The notes below the pieces were generated by a model, which was not told the DNA's origin, made no database searches, and was given only the letters and a program-made list of their open reading frames with translations. DNA of 60,627 nucleotides, counting the filler, from Sphacelaria rigidula (Eukaryota), in NCBI GenBank assembly GCA_964200075.2. It is 7 parts of 7 records of this genome, joined end to end, with 100 filler letters (N's around TTAATTAATTAA, not from the genome) between each part and the next. Parts side by side here need not be neighbours in the genome. Positions count along the whole stretch, not along the records: positions 43,379 to 51,953 come from CAXNAA020010733.1; positions 52,054 to 60,627 come from CAXNAA020010734.1; 5 more parts are not named here. One strand, written 5' to 3'. Positions 50,111-60,627 of the stretch are shown here, one piece after another; within the stretch, counting starts at the first letter, position 1; the number at the start of each line of letters is the position of its first letter. A program made the translations under genes and the position numbers.

Positions 50111-50767
50111 GGATTGCGCTTTCATCAGAAAATTGTAACCCTCAACTCCAACTGCTACGTATCACGCTCGCGTCAAAGGGTTAGGGTTGGGGTTTGCGTC
50201 AAACACATGGCAGACCCACCCTTCCCTTGCAGAGGTAACACACGACGCCGACATTGTACCCCGCGAACTGGGAAAAAGATTCAAGGACAAGACCAAGTAT
50301 TACCGCGTGGCAGCCGTCTGTCAGCGACCACGGTGGACAGTCGGTGAGTCCTGAACAGACATGCGGAGGATATCTTTCGCTATTTGTGACCGTTTGGCAC
50401 AGAAGAATGCTTTCAACACTTCCGACAGTGCCAGTAGGAACAGTACTATCCACGAACAACTAAAGCATTTTTCCGGCAACATGTTTTTTTTATCGTTGCC
50501 AAGGCGAGACTCCACGAGATTTTCCTACTTCGACACAACGTCATCAAATTTCCGGTGAGCATCATCACATGATGGAGATGTGCTGATTCTTCTTCTACTC
50601 CTGACAAACGTAGTGGATAATTTTCCTGTGCTTCGATTTCTACCACATCTGGATCCTGCCCATGGACACGAACTCGTACTCGACCGCCGGAAACATCAAC
50701 AGTCCGAACGAAACATCGCGAGATGGTATCCATGTTAATTCGGTTCAAAATAAAAACACCAATTAGT

Positions 50768-50869
50768 CTGGGACATCAGTTCCTTATTCGAAAAGGTGCG
50801 TTCATAGGGTCGTTTTGACCTTCAAACAAGAGGTGTCAGGTCTCTGTTGAGCATCGTCATTTGTCCCAG
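50768..50869 (-). ncRNA. snoR1: Intronic box C/D snoRNA, snoR1/snR48-like (copy C, intron 1)
   Basis: Stem ctgggaca/tgtcccag (compensatory change relative to copy A), C box ATGACGA, D box CTGA, guide CTGACACCTCTTGT-TTGA. Confidence 0.85.
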
Positions 50870-51045
50870 GAAACCAACAACTTCATATCGAACAGTCAAT
50901 GTGTGGACTTGTCCACGGGTTTTATATATGCTAGAGCTCATCCTACCCCGTCCGCCTCCGGCTGATCAGTAAAACCAGATGCACATACGATGCTGTCGCA
51001 CGGCAACACAAGACGCCATGAACAAGAAGAAACATCTGCCCTCAC

Positions 51046-51178
51046 CGTTCTTCTGCATAACCTGCAGGAACTTCACCACGACCTTCGAGCATGGCCGGAT
51101 GAGCACTTGTCGCTTCCCTCGCTTCTCAGCGTTAGCGATGGTCTTGAGGGTGTCGGCGAGTACGCTCATTCGCACCAT
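51046..51178 (-). CDS. RPS15A: 40S ribosomal protein S15a, coding exon 1
   Basis: [45 protein letters not shown]|gtgag. The four exons total 393 nt = 130 aa + stop. The ATG follows an acceptor directly (aatag|ATG); a likely 5'UTR intron is 51179-51325. Confidence 0.97.
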
Positions 51179-51953
51179 CTATTTCATCGGGCAAGCGAGC
51201 GTGGCCGCGAACAAGATGAGGCGAAAGGAAGACGGTGTGGGGTCTGAGAAGACAGGGTGGCCGAGACGGAGAGCTCATTTTCAAGATTACATTAGATGCG
51301 AGGCTCAGTTGGACATTCAACATACGGTGACAGCTGAGTGAGGAGCGAAGCAGAGGAGGCGAGTTATCTCCTGGAATGGTGTTGAAAATAAAAAAACAGC
51401 GGGATATTCCAGGGCAAGGGTACCTCTGGGCAACATTTGATCCGACTTTTTGTTTAGAACGATTGAATCGTCTGCTCGGCAAGTTTCATGTGTAGTGCGC
51501 TTTGGGGTTCACCTCCCGAGCCCCAGGGTGGGCAGCCCGTTTTACCCAGCGTCTCGTTCACCTGAAAATTCACGGGACCCAGGTGAGTCATCCTGGCGAT
51601 GACGGGGCTTGCCCTCGACTGTGAGATAGAGAATTGGAGTCCGAGTTTACGACCATCGCTTCGTGTGGTGATTGTCATGAACGATTGCGTCATGATACCA
51701 TCAAGGTCTCAAACGTCTCGTGGTCGGGACGTACGACCGAAATTGGGGGACGAGATGCCACTGAGTACAACAGTATCAAAAAGAGTTTGTTCTTACAGTC
51801 GGAACGTATACTGCAGCTTGCTCGGGATGTGCCAATAGTGACTCCCGCACGTCTTATTTACCGACCACAAAATCCTCAGATTCATCCTACGATAGAGGGG
51901 GGGTATTTGGTTGCACGAAAAAAGAGGCTCATAAGTGCGTCATATATCCTTCT

Positions 51954-52053
51954 NNNNNNNNNNNNNNNNNNNNNNNNNNNNNNNNNNNNNNNNNNNNTTA
52001 ATTAATTAANNNNNNNNNNNNNNNNNNNNNNNNNNNNNNNNNNNNNNNNNNNN
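51954..52053. other. Artificial scaffold linker
   Basis: 44N-TTAATTAATTAA-44N. Confidence 0.98.
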
Positions 52054-52222
52054 GATTGCCAGCCTGGTCCGGCGAAAACCCGGCGTGCTCCGTTCCGGCT
52101 TTGTAGTGATGCGAGGTCAATGGTCTTATGACTATAGCATGCATGATCATGAGTACACCCCCCCTCCCGTGGCGGCGGGTTGGAAAGGTGATCGATCCTG
52201 CGCCAAGCACGCCTACCCTTAC

Positions 52223-52298
52223 TGATGATGCAAGATTTCTCTCCCGTCGAAGCTCGAGGTGTACACGTTGCCGGTAATGGACGAGGAGACTGTTCTCG
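52223..52298 (-). CDS. Possible exon 3 of an unknown Pro-rich protein
   Basis: ctag|CG AGA...CAT CA|gtaagg. Phase-compatible with 52796-52877; encodes (A)RTVSSSITGNVYTSSFDGREILHH. Confidence 0.4.
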
Positions 52299-52795
52299 CT
52301 AGACACGCGACATGTTCTTTTCTACTTTCTGACAACTATATTTGTACCTCCGTGAGTACTGTAGTCAGCCCCACTCGTATGGATATGCCAATTCTCCTGC
52401 CGTAAACGAGATAATACATGATTCCTCATGTGTCCTTCACATTTCAAAACCATATAAACGCCTCCACGAACAACGCCTCCATACTGGACGCAGCGTTTCT
52501 CGGTGTTTCTCGGTAATAAAGATACTTAATCTATCGATGTCGCTCTTGCAAAGCGGACAATGAGCGGATCTGTGAATAGACCGAGTATCCGGGTCAAAAA
52601 CAGAGGAAAGCATGGCTACTGCAGTCTTCCAGTCGAGTTCGGTAGAGGCAGTGAAGTAAAGGATAGGTACGCACATCCGATCAGGACACAAGAGTACAGA
52701 CGGTACAGCAGTATAGGACTGCCTATTTATAAAGTTGTCAATTCTGCGGTATCGCGATCACTGCAATCCATTACAATAGTAAGTTAGGTTCGAAC

Positions 52796-52877
52796 CTGAT
52801 GTTGGCGGGCCCATCATCCCCGTACGTGAATTCGCGGGTGAAGAAGGGGGTATCCCCTGCCGTGGTGGCACTACTCC
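52796..52877 (-). CDS. Probable exon 2 of the unknown Pro-rich protein
   Basis: ttttgcag|GGA...TCA G|gttcga. Encodes GVVPPRQGIPPSSPANSRTGMMGPPTS. Confidence 0.5.
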
Positions 52878-53640
52878 CTGCAAAAAGATCAAAAGGCGAG
52901 TCGGACGCAAAGCAGCAGTTGGCTCAGTACAAGGGCAGTACCGTACTGGCACAGGTTTACAGGAGAAGACTATAATATTGTCTCCTTGCACGATGAGAGC
53001 TAGTCCTACAAGCCCTGCCTGTCAAGAGCACGGCTTTCCACAATAAAGACGGCAATCAGCCGACAACTTGGATATGTGGAATTCCATCTCACGGACGCTA
53101 GGCGGAAGTTTCTTAGCTAGATCGCTGGCTGCTTACATAATTTTCTTCATGATACTGCACCGTATACAGAAGTACATTTAGCCCTACACTCCAGTGTACT
53201 GGATACTCCGAAGCTCACTCCCCGTCACAAGCTCTCAGGAACCTTTACAAATACATCACGCATTTGTATGCCAATACCTTTTTTCTCTTCGACAACCCTG
53301 TACGATGACTACTTGAAGCAGGCTGTAGCGCCCTTTAACGCAGTCGCAATGGTGTGATTCTTCACCTGTCACACGGGAAATCTACGATACAGGGTAGTAC
53401 TGGACAACAGTCACAGCACAGCACCGTGAGACACTACACCATAGCACGATACAAATAACACCAACAGGAGTATAGTCAGTGCACGTCAAAAATCGCTACA
53501 GCTAAGGCAACTGTGGGCCACCTGGTCAGATCGACACCAGCGAAACCAGATGGATGCATTCGTTAAGCTCTGTGACAACGACAGAGAGAACAACTTACAT
53601 AACTGATCCGCCCAACTCTTATTCCGGAACCCAAGCGTAC

Positions 53641-53868
53641 CTGACCACTCCTTTGGGGTGCTGGCAACGGCGGGCTGGACCGGCCACCGTTGCCTGATGA
53701 AGGCGGGGCTGGCCATCCAGGTGTTGCGGTGGCTGCTGCACTGACACCCGAATATTTTGAGCCCCCATTGGTATTTGCAGGGTATTGATGACCATTAGTG
53801 GTGCTTCTAGGTGGAAGAAGACCTCTCCCTGAGTTTGGAGGAGAAGCTCTCCAGCTTTGGTCAGCCAT
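53641..53868 (-). CDS. First coding exon of the unknown Pro/Ser/Gly-rich protein
   Basis: ATG GCT GAC...GGT CAG|gtacgc, 228 nt. Encodes MADQSWRASPPNSGRGLLPP...PPLPAPQRSGQ. Confidence 0.55.
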
Positions 53869-54145
53869 GTTCGTGCGGTAGGCCTGCTGGGGGGAGGTGT
53901 GTGCGGGGGATACAGCAAAACAGGAAAATAGAAAATAGCTATGGAAGAGCACAGACAATACAGTACATAGTAGAGACAGTATAGTACAGTGCACAGCAGA
54001 ACAAATGTTGACAGCGCATCATTTTGGTCATGATATTTCTGTGCTCGCGTAGAAATGCCATTTTCCTCCTCGTAACCAGACGGGGTTGTTACGGTGACCG
54101 TGTACAACAGTAGTCCGTAGGCGAGTCCTGAGGAGAGACTGCAGC

Positions 54146-54248
54146 ATGAAGTTCTTGGACCGGGAGCATTTCACGCCACACTTCTTTTCCACTGAAAGAC
54201 AAGGCACTGTTACGGGAGCGGTGGCTACCTTGCTGGGCACTCTCCTCG
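54146..54248 (+). CDS. Amino-acid transporter (AAAP/SLC38-like, Aa_trans), exon 1
   Basis: MKFLDREHFTPHFFSTERQGTVTGAVATLLGTLL G|gtgagt, phase 1 into GGGVLSLP. Confidence 0.8.
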
Positions 54249-54854
54249 GTGAGTCAACGGCGAGTACACCGAAGAAGAGATGTTGAATGACGTTGTGTGC
54301 GTGGTGAAGTTAACCTGCCTCGGCCTACAGTTCGTCCGCTATGTACGATATAGCTCTTCCGGTGGTAGGCTGTTGTGACGTGCACGATCGCCTCATTTGT
54401 ACTTGGCTAATCTTTATCCCGTGAGCAGAGGAGATTGGCGTGATTAATCGAAAAACAAACTCACGAACTTTGAAGTACTGTGGATCAACGTTACATATGT
54501 TGAACATCGTGTGGGATCTGTAGCATACTGCTGCTGCAGTGCATGCTGTTCTTGTCCTATTCTGTACCTGCTACAACGGTGCATGCCTGGTATTAATAGG
54601 TGTAAATTTAGATTCGTTCTTCCTGGTACAAAAGTACGGTACAGCTGTACTCGCATACGAGAGTACAGACAGTATTTGCAGTTGTACTCCAGATGCCGTT
54701 GTACTGTACGCACTAGCTGTAACACAGCAGCGTCAGTTGGTGCGGTCGCCGAACTCTTCGTCTCCGGTGCTCGCTTAGACATGGAGTCTGTTCGTCAGTC
54801 AATCATACTTACCGAACCTATTTTCTTCCTGTGTTTTCTGTGGGTGCGTTCCAG

Positions 54855-55057
54855 GAGGAGGAGTTTTGTCGCTACCATTTGCTTTGAGGAGAAGTGGAAT
54901 AATTGTCGGGACGTCGTTGCTCATTCTAACAGCAATCGCTACCGACTTTAGCGTGTTTACCTTGGTGTCCTGCTCTCGCCGGTCGGGCGCATCGACATAT
55001 GAAGCCGTTGCCGACAGAGCATTTGGTAGACGCGCCAAGCTTCTGTGCATGAGTCTG
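54855..55057 (+). CDS. Amino-acid transporter, exon 2
   Basis: ttccag|GA...CTG|gtgagt. GGGVLSLPFALRRSG...STYEAVADRAFG carries the family signatures GxGxLxLPxA and YxxxxxxAFG. Confidence 0.92.
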
Positions 55058-56707
55058 GTGAGTTTCCACAGTGTTGCCCCCAAAAAAAAAACATTTTTCT
55101 CGGAAAGGAGTCTTGCGACTTCTCCCTCTAGTGCGCACTCCTACAGCGCATAATACCAGATATAGCGACGTGGAATTGTTGAGTGTGGTTCGCAGAACAC
55201 ATGAGCAAAGTTTCAGCGCCTCGCAACCGCTACAGCGCGCGTAGGGTCGTGCGTCATGAAATGCGCAGCTCTGCAGACTGTGTGCCGATCGGTACATTAC
55301 AAATGGTCATGATCCAGAGAGGGTCGCAGTACAGACCGGTGTCAGTTTTTTACCACATCGGCCGCCCAGCCGCGCTAAATGTCCAAGTTTGTGCATCTGT
55401 GCGTGCACATATGCGCCCTGTAGTGCGCAAAGTCTGAGCAGCTGCATGACCGAGTTGAGAGTGCATGGACGGCATTCCCCACAATCGGTTGGGGCCATGT
55501 TGTAGGATGTTCCCCCACCCAATCGCGCGGATGCTTTGGGCATATGCTATCTGTGTTGTTCCCAACGAGTGTGCAAAGTTTCATGATGGAACACGCAGTC
55601 ACAGGCGAGAAATCCACAAATCAAATTGCACTGAAAAATGGTGGTTTACCGTAGGAAAGTACTCAAGTAAACATGAGATGCGGTTACGCCCTGATTACGC
55701 CGCATATCATATGCAGTTACGTAGTATTACGGTACGGGTATACTGTCTGTTGTCTGTAGACCGTACATTGCATAAGCGTATTATACTGCACTTTATATAG
55801 TGGTCATGACGGAGTTTTCAAATTTCAAACCCACCAGCTGCGCTGCCAGACATGCATGCAAACGCTTGTGCCGTTCTCCAGTGCAACGAAAGCAAATAAG
55901 ATGCTTCTTTTTCAAGCGGATTGTACACTCCATATACTACGCCATGGGCGCGGTGGTGCGCTGGAACACCAAGCGTGGTCGCCACCTATCGTCGTACAAT
56001 GGGACCCGTAAGGCACCCGTATCGAGCAACACCATGCACACCACCGAACGCGGGATATGATCACGTTCTCGGCCTACACCTTGTGCCGACAATCCAGCCT
56101 TGAATATAGCGTTTCAGATATGCCGTGTGTTGTGCCGTAGGTCGTCCCTCTTGGGCACCTCGCTCGTGTGAACAACACCTACTTTGCGGATGATCCGGGC
56201 TGGTCGTTTATACAATGATTCTGATGTGCGAAAAATGGCGTACATTTGACTCTCTTTTTTTTTCTGGCGCAACTCTGTTCATCTCGGGCCATGCGCTCTG
56301 GACTGAGAATGTCGTATTGCGAATGCATACAAGGGCTGATGATGATGGGAGAATAGTTGATGATGTGTACCGTATGGAAGTGGTATAATAGTGATCGTGA
56401 CATGTGAAAATAACTGGCTGTGACGTGTGCGTTACCGACCAGCGCCATCATGGGAATATTTAGCTGCCTGAAAAAGTGGCAGAGTTCTGTCGCTGAGCTG
56501 GGCGGCGTCTTGTGTGCTATGTATTAAACGCGCTTGCACACCCCTGACTGTCGTTACCACCCTTGCTCCATGAGCATGGAACAGAAGCCACCAGCCCAAC
56601 CGAATGGCACGGCTAGTCCATTGCTCTTGAAACCACAGTCTCTCACGATGACCCTGCGACTGACGGCCCCATCCCCACATCCATCTCAAAATTCTCTTCA
56701 CGTTCAG

Positions 56708-56848
56708 GTAATATGCGTTACATACTTGCCGTTAGTGGGTTACACTATCCTCCTCAGAGATCTGTTGGCGCCCATAGCTGAGGTGATACTGGACCGAACG
56801 CTGGACGGAGTGGCGAGGAACCTCATGGTGTCTGCGCTTGTTGTCTTG
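56708..56848 (+). CDS. Amino-acid transporter, exon 3
   Basis: ttcag|GTA...TTG|gtgaga. Encodes VICVTYLPLVGYTILLRDLL...LMVSALVVL. Confidence 0.88.
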
Positions 56849-58014
56849 GTGAGAGAGAACTCCCTTGGTGAAAGTCGTTCATACTTAAGAGCGAGTAAAA
56901 CGATGCTTTTGCATGTCGGCTGGTGAACCCTTCAAACGCCCTGGGATCCTGTCCCCATGTTTTGTCGGCTAACTGTCCCGCGAATTCCCGGAGGATGGTT
57001 TCTGGAGGTGTGAATAGACTGTGTGAGGATTTGGGCGCTTCGCAGGCGTGTTGCAAAAACGCAAAATATTTGTAGCAGGGTTTGAACGGTCGAAGGAGGA
57101 GTGTTCCCGTTTATATCGTGTTCATGCATGGTCACATCCAACAATGTTTTCGTGAGATTTAGAGTCTAGCGTTGATTGAGAGCGGGTGTCATTATTCGCG
57201 CTAACTTCACCAATTTTTCAGTTTGTGTTGCTTTTTTTTTGCCCGCATCACTGTCGCTCACAGCTACAGATCGATATCCTACTCGGAGATATCAAAGGTT
57301 TTAGAGGCAAGTTACTGCAGAAAGTGTATCGGATCTCTTATAAGACCCGGAGGGGCATTTCGGAACTCAACCTATTTCAGTCATTAATCGACCGCTTCTC
57401 ACTCTCAATCGTATCCTGGACTGTCGATCCAACGAAGAAAAAATTGTGTGAAGCTGGCGCAAAAAGGGTACGGCATGGACCTGGTCCATGTCTACGCTTA
57501 CCTTCGTCCACGGCATGCGCTCTGGCTGGCGCAATCACTGCTGCTCTTTTGCTATACTGAGACGGCAACATGTTGCTGGCCGCGGCTTGCATGTGTCGTT
57601 GCCTCGTGTATACAGGCGCTGTCTCTCCATCGAAGACAACTATTTGGATCCCCTCCCTCCCTCCACCCGGAAAATAGAACGCCCGTCTATATGCTGGGCA
57701 TCCAACTAAGTGTCCGAATGTCCAAAGGGCTAACAGTAGTTCAAGCCGGTCGGCAGTGAAATGCCCGGAGCGAAACTTGACCAGTACCGGTTTGCCGATA
57801 TTCGTGGCAATTTGAACTCGCACCACTTGCTCATTAGCCTCTGGTTACTTTGACTGAATTTGGAGCTCTAGTTCATGCACTGCAGCTGTACAGCTTTCTC
57901 GACAACCACATGGGATTAGCCGTCGTGAACTGCTGCTGCCTTTGATGTCTATTTTGACGAATGCCCCCTTCCGCGCTCCGCTCCGTTCTTGTAACGCTGA
58001 TCTCTCGGGTGCAG

Positions 58015-58092
58015 ATTTCGCCTACATGCACGCTCAAATCCCTGAATGCTTTGCGGGCCTTATCGTTCTGCAGCGTCATGGCTGTTTTCTTG
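58015..58092 (+). CDS. Amino-acid transporter, exon 4
   Basis: tgcag|ATT...TTG|gtgagt. Encodes ISPTCTLKSLNALRALSFCSVMAVFL. Confidence 0.85.
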
Positions 58093-58489
58093 GTGAGTGC
58101 GTGGTACTACAGCCGATGCTGAAACGATTCTCGCCACAGCATCCAGAGCACAGAAACGACACGCGGGTGTCTCACGAGTAGTGCGCGCCATCTACCGCAC
58201 ACGACTCGGCCATGTCTCCGCAACAGTAACTTCGGTCTCGTTGTTGCGGTCCCCATGAAAAGCGTATGTATGAAAAGCATTTGGCCCTCGCCTCGGTGAC
58301 AGGCTAATACGAGTGCGATTCGCTGTAGTGTATCGGGGCTTGGTACTGCGGTGGGCGCTGTGCTCCTCAGGCGTCGAATTTCATGAGATGAGAGGCGGCA
58401 GTAGGAGCGCTAACAAGATGCGTAAACAACCGAATGATACACTGCTTAACCTGCAATCTTCTTCGTGACGCTGCGCCCAACCCTCCCAG

Positions 58490-58696
58490 CTCACAGTTTT
58501 CATCGGAATTCGTGCCGTTGGATGCGCCTGCACGGAAGGCGTGCAAGTGGAATCCATCAATCTTTGGCCGCAGGATGGCTGGGCTGGCGCGCTGCAGGCT
58601 ATTCCTATCTACATCTGTGCTTTCGCCTGCCACTTCAACGTATTGCCGGTGCACGGGGAACTGGCAAAACCCACGCGAGAGCGACTGCACAGAATG
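58490..58696 (+). CDS. Amino-acid transporter, exon 5 (gene continues beyond the window)
   Basis: cccag|CTC...ATG|gtgagc. Encodes LTVFIGIRAVG...AIPIYICAFACHFNVLPVHGEL, with the FxCHxNxxP motif. Confidence 0.92.
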
Positions 58697-59334
58697 GTGA
58701 GCGGGGGGAAAAGTATCACGGGATGCAATTCAGCTTTTTCGTTGTTTCATCACATGAACGATCGTCTCTAGTGTGTGGTTTGCAAATACCCTGCCTCGCA
58801 CCTGTTCCCTCCCCATCCTTTCTCCTGCTCTCGCTCTTGTTCTCTTCATTTATTCTTCTCGGCTCCTGTTATGGGTTGATATGACGGAACTGGTACTGAC
58901 TTTGACTGCAGTCGGTCAAGCCCCTTAATACGGTACGCGATGACATTCCGCCCACCTTGATTTGGTCGGTTCGTATGTTCTGCACGGCTTTTGTGTCACA
59001 GTAGCACATCACGCAAATAACCGTACATTCTTTTGCGCGGTACGCCTCTGCACTTTGAACAGGTTCACTGGACTATCGGGCTCGTGGGCGCGTTTTACGG
59101 GTCCGTGATGACGCTGGGATACACGTATGGCCTTTGCCGGGGAGAAGTAACCGATAACATCCTAAACGACTTCGGGTGAGAGCTAATTCTGACTCTAATG
59201 AGTCGAAGCAGCAAAATCGACTCACGGCGACCAGAGTGCTTTTCACGCGTCGCGTAGCACGTGATCGTTAGGTCCCAACAATTTTCGTCCCCCCCCCCCC
59301 CCCCCCCCCCTTCGCAATAGAAGCAGCAAAGCAA

Positions 59335-60568
59335 AGAGTCAATCAAGATGGGGGAATACATGGTATCAGGATTGATGTTCGCGGATGATTTCGTGGGGAT
59401 ATCAGAAACACCAGATTGATCGAAGCAGCAAATAGAGGAGTCTCTAGAATACACTAGGAAATGACGAGCGACAACGAACGTGAACAAATTCGCGGTACTC
59501 ATCTGTAACGAAGATGAGAACCCGGTAGAGTTCGAATGAAAGTGAGGATAAGAGGAACTGCCAATCGTGGACCAGTATACACACCTTGGCGTAGAGATCT
59601 CAGAAAACTGTTCTTGGGATGCACACATAAATGAAGTGATAGAAAAGGGGAAAGCACATATAAGTAGGATAGACGTGATCCTCGAAGACTCACACCTAGA
59701 TACGAGGATTAGGATATGCATCCTGATGAACGTGATTGTACCAAAGCTGTAATATGCAGGAGTATGGGAGGGGACCGCGATTGGTGAAGAAGTTGGAAAC
59801 AGTACAGATGGCAGCAGCTAAGAAAATACTTGGATGCTCGAAAACGACGAGTATTACAGCATTCAGAGCAGAGTGGGAACGTACTCACTTGAAACAAACA
59901 GAGATTGAGATGGCAATATAGCGTAAAGAACATGCAGACAAAGAGGTTGCCAGCCATAGTTGATAGGGCTGTATGTGCGAAAATGACGAAAGGGCAGGCT
60001 TGAATAACGTTGGTGTATGTGCGAAAATGACGAAAGGGCAGGCTTGAATAACGTGGGATTGAGGAGTCGAGAAAGTATGAAAAGAGATGAGAGGAAACCA
60101 AGACGAAATACTGTCCATAGGTGAAGACGCGTGGTACAAAACAAAAGTATGAGACATGATAGAATCAAGGGGAAAAGAAGCGCTCAGACACGAAGTAGAC
60201 GAGGAACAACACCTCAAGATATACGGGGTTGAGAGAGGAGGTGGGGGTGAAAACATACCTGCATGGCCCAGTGGACGCGGCGAAAAAAATAAAAATGCGA
60301 TTTCGGGTGGGGGACCTGGACCTGTCAGGAAGGAGAAAGAGATCTACCAGCGGTGAAGAGGAGGAGAAAGTAGATGCACAGAATTGCCCTTGTGACAAAG
60401 CAATAGAGAGCAGGAGTCATATAGTGGCAGAATGTGAACTATACAAGGAGGAACGGGACGTGCTAGAAGCGGAAATACGGAACTTGAAAGAGAAATGCGC
60501 GGTCGAGATGAAGCGACTGAGTCAATCAAGTAATGAGTACGCCCCCCCCCCCCCCCCCCCCCCCCCCC
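59335..60568 (+). mobile_element. 5'-truncated, degenerate LINE (non-LTR retrotransposon) in a transporter intron
   Basis: RT motifs LMFADDFVGIS and YTHLGV...WDAHI with several stops and frameshifts, an internal ~41-bp duplication (59970-60053), and an end aatgagtacg + poly(C). Confidence 0.92.
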
Positions 60569-60627
60569 GGGCCAAGGAAAATGCCCTCCCGCCCCCCCCC
60601 CCGGCCTGGCTTTCGGGGGGGGTGGAC

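Noticed and set aside
50320-50570. GTGATGA...CTGA on the minus strand as another C/D RNA
   Set aside because: No convincing terminal stem or identifiable guide, and a ~250-nt span.
46604-50869. Three ~100-bp repeats as MITEs or a CRISPR-like array
   Set aside because: C/D boxes, an rRNA-complementary guide and sense orientation in ribosomal-protein introns explain them as snoRNAs. The spacing is irregular and there are no cas genes.
27403-51178. An RNA-modification cluster of RlmN, snoRNAs and a ribosomal protein gene
   Set aside because: These lie on different, artificially joined scaffolds.

Overview
This is eukaryotic, intron-rich DNA, most likely from a brown alga (Phaeophyceae), judged from the gene families, exon/intron style and a LINE family typical of brown algal genomes. 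It is not one locus. Six identical 100-nt linkers (44N-TTAATTAATTAA-44N) join seven unrelated scaffolds of 8576, 8576, 8576, 8575, 8575, 8575 and 8574 bp, which are size-sorted unplaced pieces, so adjacency across a linker means nothing. Piece 1: 3' exons of a DDM1/HELLS-like remodeler, two exons of a Cys-rich membrane (POMP/adhesin-like) protein, and a 919-bp hAT deletion derivative with a BED finger. Piece 2: last exon of UBE2S. Piece 3: two giant exons of an acidic tandem-repeat protein. Piece 4: an RlmN-like radical-SAM RNA methyltransferase with two consecutive GC-AG introns and a C-terminal tail anchor. Piece 5: a PdeD/PdeE-like cyclic-nucleotide phosphodiesterase and a divergent unknown gene. 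Piece 6: a complete RPS15A gene hosting three copies of a snoR1/snR48-like box C/D snoRNA that carries a second conserved rRNA-antisense element. Piece 7: an amino-acid transporter head-to-head with a Pro-rich gene, and a degenerate LINE. MITEs, tRNA-derived SINEs and C-tailed LINE 3' ends are scattered throughout. Family assignments come from motif recognition, not database searches.
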